A stretch of DNA of 64,000 nucleotides from a virus. Location: IMG/VR virus record IMGVR_UViG_3300017917_000715, positions 7,169 through 71,168 of that record; one strand, given 5' to 3'. Below are positions 55,309-62,371 of this stretch, one piece after another. The position numbers were made by a program, and so were the translations under genes. The notes below the pieces were generated by a model, which worked only from the letters and a program-made list of their open reading frames with translations, did no database searches and was not told the origin of the DNA. Position 1 is the first letter of the stretch, and every line of letters begins with the position of its first letter.

Positions 55309-55790
55309 CGCCAAATTAAGCCCGCACTGGCGACTGTTAAGTGCCCAAAATCCGTTCTGATGTGTGACGGTAAGGTAGTTCTGCTTGGCGCAGAGATGCA
55401 AATCACTATCCTTTACAGGACGTTGATGGGATATGCCTAAAGAAAAACCCGTTTGATTTGTAGCTATAGGATAAGAAATAGGCTAAAAGAAGGGAGAAAA
55501 ACCCTACGTTTGCAAGTCAGTTAGCGTTGATTTGTAAACCGCCGTCATGTTAAGACAGCACGATTAGGTACCGGATGACCGCCTAAGCTAGTAGAAATAC
55601 TTGTAGTGTAAACGCTAAGTGAACTGCTCAACTCAGATAATGTTCAACTTTTGCCCGCAAGGGCAAAGTGTGACTACACAATCTAGATAATATCTAAACG
55701 CTTCGCGTTTATCATATGTTTGTTGATTATGTAAAAAATAGAAAAAAGCTCGAGCGAAAGCGAAGAGCAGAAGAACGTAGTTCTTCTTTT
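55309..55790 (+). ncRNA. putative large structured ncRNA of unrecognised family
   Basis: Largest gap without a credible gene in the window. More than 10 hand-folded helices with G-U pairs on the + strand, GNRA tetraloops, three loop-to-distal complementarities and a terminal hairpin plus T run. Confidence 0.7.
55769..55790 (+). terminator. possible intrinsic terminator
   Basis: AGAAGAAC-GTA-GTTCTTCT followed by TTT, just before the next late promoter. Confidence 0.5.
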
Positions 55791-55796
55791 AACAGT

Positions 55797-55804
55797 GATA
55801 AATA
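55797..55804 (+). promoter_or_regulatory. T4-type late promoter (GATAAATA)
   Basis: Motif 20 nt upstream of ATG 55825, which has a GAGG RBS. Confidence 0.65.
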
Positions 55805-55824
55805 TCATACCACGAGGAATTATA

Positions 55825-57066
55825 ATGAAAGTCCATGAAATATTAGCAGAAGAAAGCCCTAAAGGTGTTGCATTTGAAATCTTTATAAAGATGTTGCCTA
55901 AAGAACTATCAAAAGCAGCATTAAAAGAAATTGATGATGCATTGCGCTGGTTAGCACGTACAGCTAAATCAAATCCTACTGTTGTTGAGGACTTAGCCAC
56001 TTCGTGGGTTGCTGGTTCTAAGCAATTAGGTATTAGTGTTCGCGAAATGGCACAAATGGCTGAACCTATTTGTAAGAAAGCTGGCATTGATGAGATGGAC
56101 ATTTATAAAGCTAAAGTGCTTGCTGAGAAATTAGCAGAGCCAAGCATGTGGCAAAAATTCAAAGATATGGTAGGCCTTGGTTCTAAGAAAGATCCTCTCA
56201 AACCTGCTGAAACTCCTAAGCCCGGTGAAGCTCCTGCGCCAGCACCTAAACCAGGTGAACCTCCTGCGCCTACTCCGACTCCTGAGCCAGCACCTACTAC
56301 AACACCTAAACCAAGTGAACCACCAGCACCAGCTACTCCTACTAGAATTGCTGAACTACAATCAACTGGTAGAAAATGGTTAGAAAAGTATAACCCAAAA
56401 TTGATGAGTTGGTGGCAAAGAGCTGATGTTATTGCTATGGCATACGGTATTATTGAGCCTTGGTATACATTTAAAAAAGATGCAGAATGGGCAATTGGCG
56501 CATTTACAACACAAGCTAAAAACCCAGACGGGTCGTTGATATTTAAAACTAAAGAAGAGTTGTCTAAAGGCGTACAGCAAGCTGCACAAGAAGCAATGGC
56601 ACAAACATTAGCCCTAATAGCAGGAAGAAAAATTATTGGATACTTTACCGGTGTCAACAGATTAAGAGCACTAGACAAGAAAACACAAGACGAGATTAAC
56701 GCTATCTATTCTACGTTAGGTGCAAAAGGACAAGTTGCCTTTGCCGCTTGGTTAGATACACCTCCAGGACGTCGTGCATTTGACGGATGGTTATGGGGTC
56801 AACTGTATAGCCAAACTGGACAAGAGGATACTGCTCCAGATTTGGCACTATCGCTTAACTCTGTACAAGGACAAGTAGCGTGGGCTATGCGTCAAGTAAG
56901 CAAATATTTAGGTGGATTTGTTAAGTCATTCTACGATGAAGCATTGCGTGCTGCAGGCGGAGTTGATAGCCAAGGCAACAATGCTGCACAAGCACAACAA
57001 CAACAGAATCAAGCTAGAGATTCTATTCCAGGCGGTGGTGTTATTCACTCAACTACTGAAAAATAA
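55825..57066 (+). CDS. hypothetical late protein with Pro-rich linker (start re-assigned to MKVHEIL)
   Basis: Late promoter and RBS; PKPGE(A/P)PAP repeats at ~56200-56340. Confidence 0.72.
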   Translation: MKVHEILAEESPKGVAFEIFIKMLPKELSKAALKEIDDALRWLARTAKSNPTVVEDLATSWVAGSKQLGISVREMAQMAEPICKKAGIDEMDIYKAKVLAEKLAEPSMWQKFKDMVGLGSKKDPLKPAETPKPGEAPAPAPKPGEPPAPTPTPEPAPTTTPKPSEPPAPATPTRIAELQSTGRKWLEKYNPKLMSWWQRADVIAMAYGIIEPWYTFKKDAEWAIGAFTTQAKNPDGSLIFKTKEELSKGVQQAAQEAMAQTLALIAGRKIIGYFTGVNRLRALDKKTQDEINAIYSTLGAKGQVAFAAWLDTPPGRRAFDGWLWGQLYSQTGQEDTAPDLALSLNSVQGQVAWAMRQVSKYLGGFVKSFYDEALRAAGGVDSQGNNAAQAQQQQNQARDSIPGGGVIHSTTEK

Positions 57067-57303
57067 TTAGACTAACGGCATTTGAGCTTCTTTAGTAAGC
57101 TCAATTCGTTCTTTGATTACAGTATACATTGCTTCGCGATCTTCAAAACTAAATTCGTGCAACAGCTGATGCACCGATACACCGCCTCGCATATACCAAC
57201 TGAGTCTTGCTAACTCTGTTTTAAAATCAATTATTTCTTTTTCAAGCCTAATTAAGTACTGTTCGATATCCGAGGCGGATAACCTAATTAGGCTGTTACG
57301 AAA
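57067..57303 (-). CDS. unannotated -1 frame extension of the gp26-like gene (78 codons; gp51/gpT-like position)
   Basis: Open frame FRNSLIRLSASDIEQYLIRLEKEIIDFKTELARLSWYMRGGVSVHQLLHEFSFEDREAMYTVIKERIELTKEAQMPLV* fills the 57067-57288 gap exactly; the first ATG is only at 57192. Confidence 0.78.
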   Translation of the reverse strand, partial: FRNSLIRLSASDIEQYLIRLEKEIIDFKTELARLSWYMRGGVSVHQLLHEFSFEDREAMYTVIKERIELTKEAQMPLV

Positions 57304-57309
57304 AAATTT
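57245..57309 (-). promoter_or_regulatory. programmed -1 ribosomal frameshift signal
   Basis: A_AAU_UUU_UUC (57309-57300), 5-nt spacer, then 13-bp stem AGCCUAAUUAGGU/ACUUAAUUAGGCU (57294-57245). Confidence 0.78.
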
Positions 57310-58115
57310 GACTGGTCTAAGTCAATACTTAAAGTAGACTCTTGACCGCAATGACTGCAAGTAACCGTTTGCGGAGGACTTGTCCAGATTTTTTGATTCT
57401 TTTCAATTTGCTTGCCAACAGCAGTCATAACACTTGAATCAGCGTTAGCAATAAATTCTTCGATAAATGCACGTTCAGTAACAACAACTTTGCCAGTGTC
57501 AATCGATTCAATGCCGCTTGCAAACACTTCATTTCTAACAGTTGCTAGTTTTTGGAAGATATCAGCCATAACTGTTTTCTTTTCAAGTTCGTCTTCCATT
57601 AGTACTGCTTGATTTAATTGTTGTTGTAGTTGAAAATTTTGTGTGCTAAAATCTGTACTTTGTTTGTAACTAAGAGGTTTGATAATAATTTTAAGATCTT
57701 GTAGCACTACAGTATTGTCGTATTGACATTGACTGTAATGATCAATTAACTTATTAAGATCCATTGAATACTCGTTATCCGTACCGCATTTTTTACACTT
57801 GTCTGCTAAATGTAATTCACTACCATATGTGGCTATTCTAATAGCTGCTAACACTAAATCAGTGTCTAAATTGCTTAGGTCCCATGGATCAGTAATGCTT
57901 GGACAACAACTTTGAATTACTTTAGCTGTGCTTTCTCCTGTTAACAAAGCGTCAGGAGTCTTTAACATGATTTCATCCATGCCAGTCATGCCAAACACTG
58001 GCAAATGTGCAGGATCACCTTGTAGTGTTCCTGGTTTATTGTACAGTCCACCGCTGGGTAAACTGATATAGATCTTAGGTTGTCTAAAGTATTGCTGTAG
58101 TGGATTTTGAGCCAT
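57288..58115 (-). CDS. gp26: baseplate hub/tail assembly chaperone, T4 gp26-like
   Basis: YISLPSGG, D.DLVLAAIRIATYG, two CxxC pairs (CKKCG, CSHCG), ending DQSNFF. Confidence 0.8.
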   Translation of the reverse strand: MAQNPLQQYFRQPKIYISLPSGGLYNKPGTLQGDPAHLPVFGMTGMDEIMLKTPDALLTGESTAKVIQSCCPSITDPWDLSNLDTDLVLAAIRIATYGSELHLADKCKKCGTDNEYSMDLNKLIDHYSQCQYDNTVVLQDLKIIIKPLSYKQSTDFSTQNFQLQQQLNQAVLMEDELEKKTVMADIFQKLATVRNEVFASGIESIDTGKVVVTERAFIEEFIANADSSVMTAVGKQIEKNQKIWTSPPQTVTCSHCGQESTLSIDLDQSNFFVTA

Positions 58116-58126
58116 TTTTAACTCCG

Positions 58127-58155
58127 GATAAATATTTAAGTACCAAGTATTTATA
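58127..58155. promoter_or_regulatory. overlapping divergent late promoters: GATAAATA (+, 58127-58134) and TATAAATA (-, 58155-58148)
   Basis: Both motifs lie in the 64-bp gap between the divergent gp26-like and tape-measure-like genes. Confidence 0.68.
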
Positions 58156-58179
58156 TACGTACTTTTTCAGAGAAAAATT

Positions 58180-60276
58180 ATGTCAGAATTAACCGCAGGG
58201 CAAATACGAGAAATTACTGAGATTGTTGATCAAGTAGTATCCCGCCGTTTGAGAGAAAACAGCACCAACAGAGTGACTAATTCAACAGACGGAACTAGAA
58301 GATCTAACTTCAGTGAAAATCTTGATTTAGCAGTTGGGGGAGTACTAACATCTTTAGATAGGATGGCATTTGGCATCTACGATACTTCAGATGCGTTTAG
58401 TGATGTTAAAAAGATTATTAAAGGTATTCTTCCTGATTTTCCCGGACGCGATGCATTTGCTACAGCAGTTGAAAAAATAGGTAATACTGGCCTTGCAATG
58501 AATCGCAGTATGATGGATTCAGCAAAGTCTGGCTTTACATTTTCTCAAAATTTAGGGTTATACGACGAAGCAGTTCTTTCTGCTAGAATGAGTTTAAAAG
58601 ATTGGAACGCAATGGTTCGCGAGTCTGGAACTCAATTAGTAGGCTTATCATCGGATGCAAATAAATCAGGACTTACATTTTTATCAGTTGCAAAAGAATT
58701 ACAAGAAGATCCAAAAGTACGTAATGCAATTATTGCAGGTGTGGGCTCGTTTGAAGAATACAATAATGCGTTAAAAATTGTTTCTCAGACAAATAAATTT
58801 AATAATCTTTCAGAAGCTCAAACTAGAAAAGACATGGCAGACTCTGCTAGGGGGTTAGTATTTGAGCTAGACATGATGGCTAAACTAACTGGTAAAAGCA
58901 GAGAAAAAATGGCTAAGGATATCGAAGAACAAAATGCTACAGCACAAATGAGACTACGTATTGCATCAATGACTAAGGAAGAACGTGATGCATATATAAA
59001 GAATCAAGCAGTCATACAAGGGTTACCAAAAGCAGCACAAGAGTTACTAACGGCATATAGTACAGGCGGTTTAAGAAATGCTAGAGATAGAGAAAATGCG
59101 GCTGCATTTACTGGAACAAACATCGAAGGTATTATTCAACGAATAGCTGCAATTAAAGAAGTAACTCCAGAAGCTGATGAGCAAAGAAGACAACTGTTTG
59201 CTAGAATGCAAGAAGAATTAGCCGCTATAGGAAACGATAGAGCTCGACTTGAAAGCATGTCAGTTCTAGCAGGTACAGACAACCCATTTGCTCAAAAAAT
59301 GGGGGCTGTCTGGGCAGACTTAGGAGATTTAAGTGCAGCTGCAGTTAAGAGACAAGACGAAGCATTCCAGCGCGGTGAAACAATGTCAACATACATTACT
59401 AGATTGTATGATGAAGCAATGGCTAAAATTAAACGAGTTGGTGAAAAACCCGAAACACCTGAGGAAAAAGCTGCCTCTGCTTCAAGGTTATTAAATTCAC
59501 TTGACGCTAAAATAAAAGATTTAAACGCCGGCGCTGCTGTATTATTTGTTGATAAGATAAACTCAGCCACTGGCGAACTAGTTACAAACTTTCAAGGATT
59601 GCAAGATGCAACTAGACCGTTTACAACAGAAATGTTTAAGAACATTGGTCCTAATCTTGAAAAATTCTTTAAATCATTAGGATATACTGGTGAAAATATA
59701 ACACCAGAAGACAGAGATAATCCAATGCGTCGTCGTAGACAACAACGCTTAAACAACGGCCAAGAAAATAGTGAAACTCCTCCAAGAACTTCGACAGAAC
59801 CGATAAATCCACAACCTGAAGGTAGAGGATCAAAAGACGTTTGGGGAGATTGGTTTGGTGGTAAACCAGGATTTACAATGATTAGAGAACAAGGCCCAGA
59901 AGCGGTTGTTCCTCAAGAAAAGATAGGCGAATTTATAAAAGACATGGTTGCTAAGACTCCTGAGCTGTTATCAGAATTACAAGGAACTTTAAAATCTAGT
60001 TTAGCAGAAGCTAGGTCTGCACAGCCAACAACAGAAGCACTTAGAGATATTTTTAGCAATATTGGCTCAGTTCAAGCTGTTCCTACTACCGAAGGCACTA
60101 GTACATCACCTAGTACCGTTTTTGGTTCTTCTAACCAAAATAACGATGCCATGACCGAACTGATTAAAGGAATGAATCAGTTAAATATAAGGGTAGAACG
60201 ACTAATTACAGCAGTCGAAGATGGCGCTGATAAGAACGTAAGAGCAACGAAAACTAAAGGTAATTTAATTGCCTAA
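58180..60276 (+). CDS. tape-measure-like alpha-helical protein (gp29-like)
   Basis: Ala/Leu/Glu/Lys-rich helical composition, EQGPEAVVP motif common near tape-measure C-termini, adjacent to the gp26-like chaperone. Confidence 0.62.
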   Translation: MSELTAGQIREITEIVDQVVSRRLRENSTNRVTNSTDGTRRSNFSENLDLAVGGVLTSLDRMAFGIYDTSDAFSDVKKIIKGILPDFPGRDAFATAVEKIGNTGLAMNRSMMDSAKSGFTFSQNLGLYDEAVLSARMSLKDWNAMVRESGTQLVGLSSDANKSGLTFLSVAKELQEDPKVRNAIIAGVGSFEEYNNALKIVSQTNKFNNLSEAQTRKDMADSARGLVFELDMMAKLTGKSREKMAKDIEEQNATAQMRLRIASMTKEERDAYIKNQAVIQGLPKAAQELLTAYSTGGLRNARDRENAAAFTGTNIEGIIQRIAAIKEVTPEADEQRRQLFARMQEELAAIGNDRARLESMSVLAGTDNPFAQKMGAVWADLGDLSAAAVKRQDEAFQRGETMSTYITRLYDEAMAKIKRVGEKPETPEEKAASASRLLNSLDAKIKDLNAGAAVLFVDKINSATGELVTNFQGLQDATRPFTTEMFKNIGPNLEKFFKSLGYTGENITPEDRDNPMRRRRQQRLNNGQENSETPPRTSTEPINPQPEGRGSKDVWGDWFGGKPGFTMIREQGPEAVVPQEKIGEFIKDMVAKTPELLSELQGTLKSSLAEARSAQPTTEALRDIFSNIGSVQAVPTTEGTSTSPSTVFGSSNQNNDAMTELIKGMNQLNIRVERLITAVEDGADKNVRATKTKGNLIA

Positions 60277-60284
60277 GGATTAAT

Positions 60285-62003
60285 ATGAGCTGGAAAAAAT
60301 ATTTCACACCTGTACCAACAGGCGGACAAGTTAGTGCAATTTCAGGAAACAATGCAACAAAGGCAGGCCCTGCTAAGACAAATTATTCTAGCTTTCTTCC
60401 CGATGTTTACTCAGGTAGTCCAAATCGTATTGAGCGTTATCAACAATATGAAGTTATGGATAGCGATCCAGAAGTTAATGCAGCTCTAGATATTTTAGCA
60501 GAATTTACAACACAAAAATTAAAAGACGGCAAAACACCTTTTAGTGTACAATGGCGTCATAAAGCAACTAATAGCGAAGTTCGTATTCTTGCAGAATACA
60601 TGCAACAGTGGTGTAAACTGAATAAATTTGATACTCGTATATTCCGTATAATGCGAAATACTTTCAAATACGGTGATGCGTTTTTTATTCGAGATCCAGA
60701 AACACAAAAATGGCACTATGTTGATCCAAGTAAAATTACAAAAATTATTGTTAACGAAAGTGACGGTAAAAAGCCAGAGCAGTATGTAATTAAAGACTTG
60801 GCACCAAACTTTGAAAGTTTAGTAGTTACACAAATTACACCAAATTTAAATCCAAGACAGCCGGGCAACGGTTTGTCTGGTGGTGCAGGATTTTTAACTA
60901 CTCCTACTATTGGAAAAGGCGGATCAACATCAACTGGTAACCGTTTTGGTACTACTGAAACTGAACATGCTATCGGTGCAGAACATGTTATACATTTGTC
61001 ATTATCAGAAGGTTTAGATAATAACTTTCCGTTTGGTAACAGTCTTTTAGAAAACATTTTTAAAGTTTACAAGCAAAAAGAATTGCTCGAAGATGCTATC
61101 TTAATCTATCGTATTCAACGTGCTCCAGAGCGTAGAGTATTCCATATTGACGTAGGTAATATGCCAAGTCACATGGCTATGGCGTTTGTTGAACGTGTTA
61201 AAAATGAAATTCATCAGCGTAGAATTCCAAGTCAAACCGGTGGCGGACAAAATGTAATTGACTCTGCTTATAATCCATTATCAATCAATGAAGATTACTT
61301 TTTCCCACAGACTGCAGAAGGTCGTGGATCTAAAGTTGAAACATTACCAGGCGGAACTAACTTAGGCGAAATTGACGATTTAAAATACTTTACTAACAAA
61401 TTATTCCGCGGCTTGCGTATTCCAAGTAGTTATTTGCCAACAGGTGCAGACGATAGTCAAGCTAGTTATAATGACGGTCGTGTAGGTACAGCATACATTC
61501 AAGAACTACGTTTTAACAAGTATTGTGAACGTTTACAATCACTTGTAAGAGCAGTATTTGACGAAGAATTTAAGATGTATATGTACACAAGAGGCGTTAA
61601 TATTGATGCTAGCTTGTTTGAATTAAAATTTAATCCGCCTTTAAACTTTGCAAGTTCTCAGCAAGCATCGCTTGACACTGAGCGTATTAATACATTTAAT
61701 ACAATACAGCAAGTTCCATACATGTCAAAACGCTTTGCAATGAAACGTTTCTTAGGTTTAAGCGAAGAAGAAATTGCAGAAAACGAACGCATGTGGGGCG
61801 AAGAAAGTGGCAAAGGACAACCTACATATACTGATGCCGCCGGCGAATTACGTAGTGCAGGACTGAGTGCAGCTGGTATTGAAGGCGATTTAGGAATGGC
61901 TGGTGATCTAAGTGCTCCAGAAGATATTGAAGGTGATTTAGGTCCAGAAGCAGGAGAACTCCCTCCTCCAGTTGCAGCGGCACCTGCAACTCCACCCGCT
62001 TGA
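60285..62003 (+). CDS. gp20: portal protein, T4 gp20-like
   Basis: LLEDAILIYRIQRAPERRVFHIDVGNMP, EDYFFP, TLPGG.NLGEIDD and KLFRGLRIPSSYL. Confidence 0.97.
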   Translation: MSWKKYFTPVPTGGQVSAISGNNATKAGPAKTNYSSFLPDVYSGSPNRIERYQQYEVMDSDPEVNAALDILAEFTTQKLKDGKTPFSVQWRHKATNSEVRILAEYMQQWCKLNKFDTRIFRIMRNTFKYGDAFFIRDPETQKWHYVDPSKITKIIVNESDGKKPEQYVIKDLAPNFESLVVTQITPNLNPRQPGNGLSGGAGFLTTPTIGKGGSTSTGNRFGTTETEHAIGAEHVIHLSLSEGLDNNFPFGNSLLENIFKVYKQKELLEDAILIYRIQRAPERRVFHIDVGNMPSHMAMAFVERVKNEIHQRRIPSQTGGGQNVIDSAYNPLSINEDYFFPQTAEGRGSKVETLPGGTNLGEIDDLKYFTNKLFRGLRIPSSYLPTGADDSQASYNDGRVGTAYIQELRFNKYCERLQSLVRAVFDEEFKMYMYTRGVNIDASLFELKFNPPLNFASSQQASLDTERINTFNTIQQVPYMSKRFAMKRFLGLSEEEIAENERMWGEESGKGQPTYTDAAGELRSAGLSAAGIEGDLGMAGDLSAPEDIEGDLGPEAGELPPPVAAAPATPPA

Positions 62004-62009
62004 TAAATA
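62002..62009 (+). promoter_or_regulatory. T4-type late promoter (GATAAATA), probably giving a leaderless mRNA
   Basis: Overlaps the portal stop codon; 5 nt before ATG 62015; no Shine-Dalgarno sequence. Confidence 0.6.
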
Positions 62010-62014
62010 ATATT

Positions 62015-62254
62015 ATGATTTTACGTGAATTGTTTTACATTGATCCAGATACTCGTCGTATTGCAAACGATTTGCGATATGCTCCGGATCGCGACCGTAC
62101 TACATTACATCGCGATGACACACGTAAAACACGTCTTACGTTAAGACAAATTAACGAACTTCGCAAATCAAGCGAAGCACATATTTTAGAGCAGGAGCGT
62201 GAATTAGAATTTATTCATAGTATGTACGGAATTCCAGCAGCTCCACCAGCTTAA
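62015..62254 (+). CDS. small head-module protein (start re-assigned to MILRELF)
   Basis: Between the portal and the acidic core protein; DTRKTRLTLRQINELRK motif. Confidence 0.72.
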   Translation: MILRELFYIDPDTRRIANDLRYAPDRDRTTLHRDDTRKTRLTLRQINELRKSSEAHILEQERELEFIHSMYGIPAAPPA

Positions 62255-62371
62255 ATAAATTAATTTAGAAAAAACACAAAAAACGATCGTTTTTAGGCTA
62301 TTATACGGCCGTTTTTGTTTTAATGTGTAAATATAATACAGCCTTGTATTACCATCACAGGAGATTTTAAC

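Noticed and set aside
55309-55790. Group I intron, tmRNA, RNase P or hammerhead identity for the structured region
   Set aside because: No interrupted host gene on either side and no clear P7 (GACUA/UAGUC) pair; no tRNA-like T-arm or CCA end; no GAGGAAAGUCC; CUGAUG at 55357 is followed by U rather than A, with no matching hammerhead core. Judged by eye only, so a covariance-model search is still needed.
55683-56102. 139-aa minus-strand ORF overlapping the non-coding region
   Set aside because: Antisense shadow of 55825..57066 with no RBS or motif; it does not explain the hairpins.
51701-62003. Inteins or introns in gp46 or the portal gene
   Set aside because: Both genes have ordinary lengths with contiguous motifs; no intein splice-junction or LAGLIDADG signature seen.
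62270-62321. Palindrome AAAAACGATCGTTTTT and an imperfect hairpin between the small head gene and the acidic core gene
   Set aside because: Could be a weak terminator or processing site, but the stem is A/T-rich and ambiguous, so it was not called.
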